In this document: piece after piece, positions 57,114-64,000 of the stretch
Layout: every line of letters starts with the position of its first letter
Numbering within the stretch: the stretch's first letter is position 1
NCBI GenBank assembly: GCA_963716475.1
Contig: OY970314.1
Location: forward strand, 564,790-628,789
Reading direction: 5' to 3'
Source of the DNA: Candidatus Woesebacteria bacterium
GTDB taxonomy: Bacteria > Patescibacteriota > Microgenomatia > UBA8517
Length of the DNA stretch: 64,000 nucleotides
Program-made: the position numbers and the translations under genes
The notes under the pieces: model-generated
Databases searched by the model: none
Told to the model about the DNA's origin: nothing
What the model saw: the letters and a program-made list of their open reading frames with translations, nothing else

Positions 57114-57401
57114 TTATTTCTTAGAAGCCTTTTTTGCTTTCCATTCACCTCTCATCATTCTCTTCATTCGGAACTTCATAACCATATAAACAATATATTT
57201 AATAATCGAGAAGGCAAATACTATTCCTGCGACTATAATAATCCACTTAATTACAACGTAAGGATTAATTGCCGGAAAAACAAAACCAAGTCCGAAAATC
57301 AAAAGCATTCCAAAAACGGAAAAAGATACGGACATTAAAATATCCATATTTACCTGCTTTCGCATCCACTTCATTCTCTCCCACATCATGTCATCTTTCA
57401 C
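57114..57401 (-). CDS. small Met-rich 2-TM membrane protein
   Basis: 95 aa, 13 Met, basic C-tail; GTGA overlap with the lysS stop. Confidence 0.65.
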   Translation of the reverse strand: MKDDMMWERMKWMRKQVNMDILMSVSFSVFGMLLIFGLGFVFPAINPYVVIKWIIIVAGIVFAFSIIKYIVYMVMKFRMKRMMRGEWKAKKASKK

Positions 57402-58963
57402 CTTTTATCACCTTCTTTCATGATACTGGTAATTCTACCAAGAACTTTCTCTTTTCCAAAATTTGCCAGAAGGACCCCGGCTCTCGGGCCGTGAGTTTTG
57501 CCGATAAAAGCAAGGTAAATTGCAGCAAAGGCATCGCTCGGTTTTATATTTAATTGTTTGGAAAGATTATATAGAGCAAGCTGCAGTGAGTCCGCGTCAA
57601 GAGTTTTTTCAAAAAGTTTCGCAACACCCCGAAGATATTCCTTCTGTCCGAAACTCAATTCTTTGGATTCTTCCGGAATTTTTTCCGTCATTTCAAATTT
57701 ATATTCATCGGGCGCATAATTTTCCAGCCAAACTTTAGCGTACTTTATTCTTTCCTTAAACGTTCCGTCTTTCCCCTGAGACATTTTTTCCGCTATTTCT
57801 TTTTCGCTTAGCCCCTGCGATAAATAATTTGCCACATCTCGGAATCTTGGAGCAATAAATCCTTTTTCTTTTTCCGGAATATCCTTAACCTGGGATAAAA
57901 CAAAAGTTCTGGCCAAATTTTCATTTCCGTTTTCGTCATACGCCTCCCGTGCTTTATCGTACTCATCGAACAAATCGGGAATTGCCATGGTTCCAATAGG
58001 GTCAAAATTACTCTGCGAACCGATATCGGCACTTACGAAAAGAAACCTTGCAACATCGGCAGGTAAAATCTTCACCAAGTCGTGAGCCTTAAGCCCAACC
58101 CCTTTCGAAGATGACATTTTTTTGCCGCCAATGAGAATAAATTCATACGGAAACTTGAATGGCTCAGGGAAATTGAATACTTCCCTGCAAATAGTCATCG
58201 CAATATCAAAAGAACCTCCTGCTGAAGCATGGTCCTTGCCGGCTCCTTCGATTGTTACCCCCATGACTTTCCAGTGTGCAGCCCAGTCAACTTTCCATGG
58301 CAGCTTTCCTGTCCCGCCAAAAGGAGAAACACTCCCTTCATGACCGCATCCTTTGGCCCAAGGTACAAGATCCTGCTCACACCGATAGGAAACCTTTTCT
58401 CCGTCCCAGGCGAACACTTTGGTTGTCCCTAATTTTCCGCATTTCTCACAAATTACCTGAAAAGGAAGCCAGCCGGCCTCTTTCTTGGCACTCCCCGAAA
58501 CCTTTTGGTAAATATCCTGAATTTTTTCGGAATTGTCCAGGGCAAGCCTGATTACCTCATCGAATTTACCCTGATGATAAAGATCCCATGAAGAAATATA
58601 TTTCGCCTCAAACCCTAAATACTCTACCGATTTTTTAAGATCATCGGCCAGAAAGTCCGCCAAGTTTTCAAAAGTAGAATCCGGCGGTGGGATCATTTTT
58701 AGAGGTTCGCCCTGGTGACCCTCCAGTGACTTTTTGAGAATATCCGGAAATTCATCTGCGGGATCAAAATCATTAAAAACGTAGGTTAAGATTGCTTCTC
58801 CTCCTGCGTCTTTAAGGGCTCGATAGACGGCACTATGGATTACCGGGCCAAGCATGGAACCGATATGGGCAAATCCCGAAGGTGTTTTCATATCGTCAAC
58901 CCAATAGGGCTTATACTTACCTGAAGCAATAATTTCCCGCGCTATTTTGTCTGCCCAATGCAT
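57398..58963 (-). CDS. lysS: lysine--tRNA ligase, class I
   Basis: HWAD, TPSG.AHIG (HIGH-like), C..CG, KLPWKVDWAA.W, E.AGKDH, KMSSSKG, GPRAG. Confidence 0.95.
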   Translation of the reverse strand: MHWADKIAREIIASGKYKPYWVDDMKTPSGFAHIGSMLGPVIHSAVYRALKDAGGEAILTYVFNDFDPADEFPDILKKSLEGHQGEPLKMIPPPDSTFENLADFLADDLKKSVEYLGFEAKYISSWDLYHQGKFDEVIRLALDNSEKIQDIYQKVSGSAKKEAGWLPFQVICEKCGKLGTTKVFAWDGEKVSYRCEQDLVPWAKGCGHEGSVSPFGGTGKLPWKVDWAAHWKVMGVTIEGAGKDHASAGGSFDIAMTICREVFNFPEPFKFPYEFILIGGKKMSSSKGVGLKAHDLVKILPADVARFLFVSADIGSQSNFDPIGTMAIPDLFDEYDKAREAYDENGNENLARTFVLSQVKDIPEKEKGFIAPRFRDVANYLSQGLSEKEIAEKMSQGKDGTFKERIKYAKVWLENYAPDEYKFEMTEKIPEESKELSFGQKEYLRGVAKLFEKTLDADSLQLALYNLSKQLNIKPSDAFAAIYLAFIGKTHGPRAGVLLANFGKEKVLGRITSIMKEGDKR

Positions 58964-59027
58964 ATACGTTCCAAACTTTCTTTAAAAAGAAAGTTTGGCA
59001 AAGAAAGCAAACACATATACAAGGCTA

Positions 59028-59056
59028 ATTTTAACCTGAAGACCGCAGTTATTCAA
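59028..59056 (-). promoter_or_regulatory. sigma70-type promoter for lysS
   Basis: TTGAAT(59051-56)-17 nt-TAAAAT(59028-33). Confidence 0.55.
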
Positions 59057-59516
59057 TCGCAAGAATTTCGTACTGGACGCTTCCGGCGGGGGCTTCAACT
59101 TCTACCTTCTCTCCGACCTTCTTACCAGCCAGCGCAAGTCCCAAAGGCGAGTCGTGTGAAATTTTCTTATTAATAGGGTCCGCTTCCCATTCCCCTACAA
59201 TATCAAAAACGGTTTTAACACCGTTTACTTTGACTGTTACTTTTGTTCCCACACCAATTCCACCGTTTTCGGCTTTTCCGGAACCGGAAACAACAGATGC
59301 GGTTTTTACAACCTCCTCAAGTTCGTCGATTCTTCCGTCCAAAAATTCAAGCTCCTCTTTGGCACTTTGGTAATCACTATTCTCGCTAAGATCACCCTGG
59401 GAACGGGCGTTTGCCAGCCTTTCGACTATTTTTGGCCTTTTGACATCACGAAGCCCCTCAAGTTCGGTTCTTAGGGTATCCAATCCTTTTTTGGTCAATT
59501 TAACGGTACTTTTCAT
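59049..59516 (-). CDS. greA: transcription elongation factor GreA
   Basis: LT..G...L..EL, AR..GDLSEN.DY..AKE, IVGE.EADP...KIS..SPLG.AL, APAG. Confidence 0.96.
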   Translation of the reverse strand: MKSTVKLTKKGLDTLRTELEGLRDVKRPKIVERLANARSQGDLSENSDYQSAKEELEFLDGRIDELEEVVKTASVVSGSGKAENGGIGVGTKVTVKVNGVKTVFDIVGEWEADPINKKISHDSPLGLALAGKKVGEKVEVEAPAGSVQYEILAIE

Positions 59517-59535
59517 ACAGTATTCTTAAGTCTGC

Positions 59536-59572
59536 AACAAAAAATCCCTCTATTTATTTCTTTAGAGAGATT
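59536..59572 (-). terminator. intrinsic terminator within the greA 5' leader
   Basis: AATCTCTCTA-10 nt loop-TAGAGGGATT then TTTTGTT, about 20 nt before the greA ATG. Confidence 0.7.
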
Positions 59573-59673
59573 GTAAATTTATAACTTTCTCTCCAAGTCT
59601 AGGTAAACCCAATAGGGTCCCTAAAGCTATCGGTGGAGAGACAAAAAGTCATATATTCAACCCAACGAGGGAG

Positions 59674-59702
59674 ATTTTATCCTCTTGCGAAGCTAAAGTC
59701 AA
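59674..59702 (-). promoter_or_regulatory. sigma70-type promoter for the greA leader
   Basis: TTGACT(59697-702)-17 nt-TAAAAT(59674-79). Confidence 0.72.
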
Positions 59703-59752
59703 TATATCGATCCCAATCAATTTAGATACTATGCACCTTAGTTATCCTATTG

Positions 59753-59825
59753 TGACCCCATTGGGACTCGAACCCAAGTTACCAGGATGAGAACCTGGTG
59801 TCCTAGACCGCTAGACGATGGGGCC
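59753..59825 (-). tRNA. tRNA-Glu (anticodon CUC), CCA not encoded
   Basis: GGCCCCATCGTCTAGCGGTCTAGGACA-CCAGG-TT-CTC-AT-CCTGG-TAAC-TTGGG-TTCGAGT-CCCAA-TGGGGTC-A cloverleaf; TGaTACAAT at 59871-59879. Confidence 0.95.
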
Positions 59826-59896
59826 GTTCCGGCTCTGGCACCACGACGGGCGCTACCGGGCCTTGTCGCAATTGTATCAAATTTGAAGCTGAGAGA

Positions 59897-62317
59897 CTAA
59901 TTTGCCGCCAGGAGAGTCGGAATTGAAGTAAATTTCCCCTGTATTTTGATAACAGGTGTCCATTTTTTGAGAGCAACTTTAAGAACGTCCTCTACCTCTT
60001 CCGCAAAAACAAAATTTATATCTTTCTTGACCTGAACCGGAATATCATCAAGATCTTTCCTGTTGTCCTTGGGTACGATAATTGTCTTTAAGCCCGCCCT
60101 ATGTCCGGCAATGGACTTCTCTTTCAGTCCCCCGATTTCAAGCACTCTACCCCTCAGGGTTACCTCTCCGGTCATACCCACATCCCTCTTAACGGGAATT
60201 CCCGTGAGAGCCGAAACAAGGGCCGTAGTAATTGCCACTCCTGCCGAAGGCCCGTCTTTGGGAACCGCCCCTTCCGGAACGTGAATATGAACATCAATGT
60301 TTTCGGCAAAATTAGCTTTAAGGCCAAGCTCGTTATAATGTGATCTTGTCCAGGTAAACGCAGCTTTTGCCGACTCCCTCATCACATCCCCAAGTTGTCC
60401 CGTAAGGGTAAGTTTGCCTTTGCCCGGCATCAGAGAAACTTCTATAAACAGAATTTCTCCGCCGAAGGGGGTGACAGAAAGACCCGTACTCATTCCTACT
60501 TCATCTTTTTTTTCGGCAATCTGGGAGGTAAATCTCTGCGATCCCAAAAACTTCCGCACGTCCGCAACTTCAATTTTCCTGGGGAATTTTTTCTTCTCCG
60601 CAACTAAGCGTGCCACTTTTCTGCATACATTTGCCAAATTTCTTTCCAGATTCCTGACTCCCGCCTCACGGGTATAGCTTCCGATAACTTCTTTAAGTCC
60701 GGCATCGGTTATCTCAATCTTCTTTGATTCAAGACCCTGGGCCTCAAGCTGCTTTGGCCAGAGGAATTTCCTGGCAATATGGAATTTTTCGGTTTCGGTG
60801 TAACCCGGGAAGGTAATAACTTCCATTCTGTCTCTTAAAGGATCCGGAATCGTATCCAGCATATTACCGGTACAAATAAACATTACCTCAGAGAGATCAA
60901 ACGGAACTTCAAGATAATGATCTGAAAATTCTCTATTTTGTTCGGGATCAAGGGCCTCAAGAAGGGCGCTTGATGGATCCCCTCTAAAATCCACTCCAAT
61001 TTTGTCTATTTCATCCAGCATAAAGACAGGGTTTTTCGTACCTGCATTTTTCATTCCCTGAATAATTCTTCCCGGCATCGCTCCAACATATGTGCGCCTG
61101 TGGCCCCTGATTTCGGCTTCATCCCTGATTCCGCCCAGAGAAACTCTGACAAACTTACGGTTTAGGGCTTTGGCAATTGATTTTCCGATTGAAGTTTTTC
61201 CGACTCCCGGAGGACCTATGAAACAAAGGATTGTCGGATGAGCCCCTGCAACATCCTTTTTGGAATGTCTTTCTTCCTTTTTCAACTTCATTACGGCCAA
61301 AAATTCCATAATTCTCTCCTTGGCTTTTTCGATTCCATAGTGGTCATCCTCCAGAATCTTGGCCGCTTTCTTCATCGCCACATTATTTGGGGTAGCTTTA
61401 CTCCAAGGCATATCACAAAGCCAATCCAAATAATTTCTGATGTATGCCCCTTCGGGATTATTCGGAGACATTTCACTTAGTCTCTTTAATTCTTTTTCTG
61501 CACGAGTTTTTACGTCGGGCGGCATTCCTGCCTCCTTAATTTTGGTCTTATATTCCTTAAATTCTTCACCCGTGATTTCACCCTCTTCGTCCATCTCGCC
61601 AAGCTCCTCTTCGATGGTTCTTTTCTTTTCTCTAAGCATCGCTTTCTTCATTTGATCCTCAAATCTTTTTTGGGTTTTTGAAGAGATGGTGTGTTCAATT
61701 TCAAGAGCGTTTACTTCTTTGGCCAGATATTCCAAAACAATCCCAAGTCTTTTTCTGACATTTATCTCTTCCAGGATTTTTTGCTTTTCCGAAGGTTTAA
61801 TTTCAAGAAGGGATGCTACCTGGTCGCTCATTTCGATGGGTTCAACGTTTCCTGAAACCAGCTTCATAACAGTCATTATTTCCGCCTGTTTACCGAGGTT
61901 GATCGATTTTTTGAAAAGTTCCTGAAGTTTTCTGGCCAAAACCCCTATCTCGGGAGATTCGTCAATTTCTTCCGGTATTTCTTCAACTTTTCCGATCAGA
62001 TACGGCTCTTGGGCAATAATTTCCTTGAGAGTAACTCTTGCCTGTCCGCGAATCAGGGCATGGATTTCCCCTTCAGTTGACATCATTTGGGTGATCGTGG
62101 CAATGGTTCCGATTACGTTAAGATCCTCCTGCCCGGGATCTGCGGTTCTGGGATCTTTTTGAGAAAAAATGGCAATTACTTTATCTTCCTGAAAAGCAGA
62201 ACTGACCGCGGTCACACTTTTTGTGCGCCCAAAGGATAGAAGTGTATCTGTATGCGGAAAAACAACCGAACCCCGCACCGGAACTATCGGAACCCGTCTT
62301 GTAGTGTCTTTTGCCAT
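59897..62317 (-). CDS. lon: Lon protease (endopeptidase La)
   Basis: LON N-domain, GPPGVGKTS, DEAEIRGHRRTYVGAMPG, LDEIDK, PKDGPSAG, GGLKEK. Confidence 0.98.
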   Translation of the reverse strand: MAKDTTRRVPIVPVRGSVVFPHTDTLLSFGRTKSVTAVSSAFQEDKVIAIFSQKDPRTADPGQEDLNVIGTIATITQMMSTEGEIHALIRGQARVTLKEIIAQEPYLIGKVEEIPEEIDESPEIGVLARKLQELFKKSINLGKQAEIMTVMKLVSGNVEPIEMSDQVASLLEIKPSEKQKILEEINVRKRLGIVLEYLAKEVNALEIEHTISSKTQKRFEDQMKKAMLREKKRTIEEELGEMDEEGEITGEEFKEYKTKIKEAGMPPDVKTRAEKELKRLSEMSPNNPEGAYIRNYLDWLCDMPWSKATPNNVAMKKAAKILEDDHYGIEKAKERIMEFLAVMKLKKEERHSKKDVAGAHPTILCFIGPPGVGKTSIGKSIAKALNRKFVRVSLGGIRDEAEIRGHRRTYVGAMPGRIIQGMKNAGTKNPVFMLDEIDKIGVDFRGDPSSALLEALDPEQNREFSDHYLEVPFDLSEVMFICTGNMLDTIPDPLRDRMEVITFPGYTETEKFHIARKFLWPKQLEAQGLESKKIEITDAGLKEVIGSYTREAGVRNLERNLANVCRKVARLVAEKKKFPRKIEVADVRKFLGSQRFTSQIAEKKDEVGMSTGLSVTPFGGEILFIEVSLMPGKGKLTLTGQLGDVMRESAKAAFTWTRSHYNELGLKANFAENIDVHIHVPEGAVPKDGPSAGVAITTALVSALTGIPVKRDVGMTGEVTLRGRVLEIGGLKEKSIAGHRAGLKTIIVPKDNRKDLDDIPVQVKKDINFVFAEEVEDVLKVALKKWTPVIKIQGKFTSIPTLLAAN

Positions 62318-62329
62318 ATTCGTTTTAGC

Positions 62330-62358
62330 AGTCTATCAATCCGTCTGCTAAATGTCAA
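62330..62358 (-). promoter_or_regulatory. near-consensus sigma70 promoter for lon
   Basis: TTGACA(62353-58)-17 nt-TAGACT(62330-35) with extended TG. Confidence 0.75.
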
Positions 62359-62365
62359 GCTGGAA

Positions 62366-62866
62366 TTACCTCTTTTTTCTGACTTTATGAAGAAGCTCGA
62401 AAAAATGGACTTTTTCGGCAACTACAGCCACAAGAGTCCCAATAAGAGCTCCTCCCAATATATCAACCGGGTAATGAACGTTTGCCAAGACTCTGGCCAC
62501 TCCGATAATAAGTGCACCCGCCAGATAAAACCACCCCACCCTTCTGTCATGCATAAAGACAGTTACAGCCAGGCTAAACGCCAGAGCCGTGTGGGCCGAC
62601 GGGAACGCCGCATCGGTCGGCCTAAATAAAACGTCAACCCCTCCTCCGTTTCTAACAAAAGGCCGTATTGTCGGAAAGAAATGCTTTATAAGCAAGGTTA
62701 TTATCCAGGCAGCCAGGCTTGCCAAAAGCGCGTGGATTACCTGCTCTTTCTTAATACGGCCGTCTATAAACCACAAAACGATAAGCCCGGCATAAAGAAA
62801 CCAGATGAAAAATGTTGCAAAAAATTCAATGATCAGATCGTGCATATCGTGATGTCTTCCATACAT
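62366..62866 (-). CDS. PAP2-family (BcrC-like) undecaprenyl-diphosphate phosphatase
   Basis: K......RP, FPSAH, ARV..NVHYP.D. Confidence 0.88.
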   Translation of the reverse strand: MYGRHHDMHDLIIEFFATFFIWFLYAGLIVLWFIDGRIKKEQVIHALLASLAAWIITLLIKHFFPTIRPFVRNGGGVDVLFRPTDAAFPSAHTALAFSLAVTVFMHDRRVGWFYLAGALIIGVARVLANVHYPVDILGGALIGTLVAVVAEKVHFFELLHKVRKKR

Positions 62867-62914
62867 TCAATGCTAGCATAATGAATTAATATTATCTTCC
62901 TGCTAATATAAGTT

Positions 62915-63148
62915 GTGAAGAAGTGGTCGTTTATTTCAATTCTCAGAGCAACTGTAACTGCCGTACTCTCAATTTTTTTCGTTTTTTATGCTTTTAATTT
63001 CGTTACCCGGGATTTAAACATACTTGCAACCAGGAGTTTCGAGAGGCAGGTTCTGGACTACGTAATTAATTTCATTCTATTTTTTGCAGCAATCTATCTT
63101 CTCGCCTCACTGGCAACTTTCATTTACCAAAAATTGCTTAAGCATTAA
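62915..63148 (+). CDS. small 2-TM membrane protein
   Basis: 77 aa; TGcTAATAT 5 nt before GTG. Confidence 0.62.
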   Translation: MKKWSFISILRATVTAVLSIFFVFYAFNFVTRDLNILATRSFERQVLDYVINFILFFAAIYLLASLATFIYQKLLKH

Positions 63149-63171
63149 CCGCCGAAATGGTATCATAAGTC

Positions 63172-63537
63172 ATGGAAAGCACACACTCCCTTTATAAAAG
63201 TTTCAAATTTGCATTTAACGGCCTTGCTACCGCCGTCACCAAGGGCAGAAACTTCAGAATCCAGATCCTTATCGGAGCTGCCTCGGTTATCTTGGCATTC
63301 ATTTATAGAATTTCGAGTCTTGAGTGGCTTAGCCTGATTCTGATCATCGCTTCCGTGCTTATCTTGGAACTCGTCAATACCGCAATCGAGGAAATAGTTA
63401 ATATTGTAAGCCCCGAAATTCAGGAAAGGGCAAAGATCGCAAAAGACGTTTCGGCGGCAAGCGTACTTATCGCCGCGATAGCCGCAATTTTCATCGGGAT
63501 TGTCATTTTCGTTCCAAGATTTTTCCCCCAGTTTTAA
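63172..63537 (+). CDS. dgkA: diacylglycerol/undecaprenol kinase
   Basis: SF.FA..G, NFRIQ, ELVNTAIE, AKIAKDVSAA.V; TGgTATCAT 5 nt before ATG. Confidence 0.92.
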   Translation: MESTHSLYKSFKFAFNGLATAVTKGRNFRIQILIGAASVILAFIYRISSLEWLSLILIIASVLILELVNTAIEEIVNIVSPEIQERAKIAKDVSAASVLIAAIAAIFIGIVIFVPRFFPQF

Positions 63538-63544
63538 GCCTCAT

Positions 63545-63573
63545 TTGACTATAGGCTTTAATGGTGATATTAT
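63545..63573 (+). promoter_or_regulatory. sigma70-type promoter
   Basis: TTGACT(63545-50)-17 nt-TATTAT(63568-73) with extended TG. Confidence 0.7.
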
Positions 63574-63623
63574 AGGCCGCCCTTTGAAAAAGTGCGTTCA
63601 AATTCTGATCCTTGAGGAGACAT

Positions 63624-64000
63624 ATGCTAACGATAACGCTCGTTTTGGTGAAGCTGGGTTCTATAAACCCACTCACGGAACCGATAGTCCAATGGTTCCA
63701 GAAACTCGGTTTTTGGAATGACGATATTGAGCGTCGAATTCTTGCAGCAAGGCTGTTTTTACCGCTCGATGTCGAGACCGAGTTCCGAAATGAACTCAGG
63801 CTTCCCCTGGGGAATTCAACAAAAAACCTATTCAACACGATCGTTGAGGAGCAAAGTACGATATACATATCACAACCCAAGATCTGGACGGAGAAAAGAT
63901 ACTGCGTCAGCGAGCTGATAAAGCTTCAGCTTGCCCGGATACAGGGAGAGGAGGGTTTAGTTATACCCAACCCAATCGCGTACGACCCAAGAACACAGTT
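63624..64000 (+). CDS. hypothetical protein, runs off the window end
   Basis: GAGGAG SD then ATG 63624; frame open to 64000 (MLTITLVLVKLGSINPLTEPIVQWFQKLGFWNDDIERR...). Confidence 0.7.
   Translation, partial: MLTITLVLVKLGSINPLTEPIVQWFQKLGFWNDDIERRILAARLFLPLDVETEFRNELRLPLGNSTKNLFNTIVEEQSTIYISQPKIWTEKRYCVSELIKLQLARIQGEEGLVIPNPIAYDPRTQ

Noticed and set aside
59517-59670. T-box, lysine riboswitch or SRP RNA upstream of greA-lysS
   Set aside because: No GGTGGnACC T-box in the leader on the transcribed strand, too short for a lysine riboswitch, no SRP GGAA loop motif, and no Lys codons in the uORF
59753-59896. tRNA-Glu as a prophage or island attachment site
   Set aside because: Flanked by housekeeping genes; no integrase and no duplicated tRNA 3' end seen in the window
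63503-63880. 125-aa minus-strand ORF
   Set aside because: Antisense to the plus-strand ORF that has a promoter and SD, and it overlaps dgkA
1-64000. Alternative genetic code (TGA read as Gly or Trp, as in Gracilibacteria/SR1)
   Set aside because: Genes are full length in code 11, many end in TGA with ATGA coupling, and RF2 is encoded

Overview
Gene-dense bacterial chromosomal segment in the standard code (TGA is a stop and RF2 is present). By inference it comes from a CPR/Patescibacteria genome, probably Microgenomates: class I LysRS, expanded GT-C glycosyltransferases, tiny intergenic spaces and no central biosynthesis genes. Bases 1 to about 41,300 form one large surface-glycan locus, mostly on the minus strand. 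It holds 13 multi-TM GT-C-type glycosyltransferases from several paralogous families, three polyprenyl-phosphate sugar synthases (one fused to GtrA), WbbL-like and KdtX-like GT2s, a GT4, a SAM methyltransferase, a Wzx flippase, rmlABCD, galU and galE. Interleaved with these are nrnA, trmD, a truncated DUF35 zinc ribbon and a YkuK RNase H-like gene. Next come envelope genes (CAP, VanZ, LTD/PEGA, a coiled-coil C39 peptidase after ftsEX, LytR_C, DedA, FKBP) and housekeeping genes (prfB without frameshift, tgt, pepE, secA, rarA, Ham1, HD protein, class I lysS, greA, tRNA-Glu, lon, PAP2, dgkA). Notable non-coding signals are pervasive -10 boxes 5-8 nt before start codons (leaderless-type), two 20-22 bp bidirectional promoters, an attenuator-like greA leader, and a GC-rich palindrome in frame inside a CDS. 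No CRISPR array, transposase, integrase or rRNA was seen. All calls come from manual motif recognition; no database searches were run.
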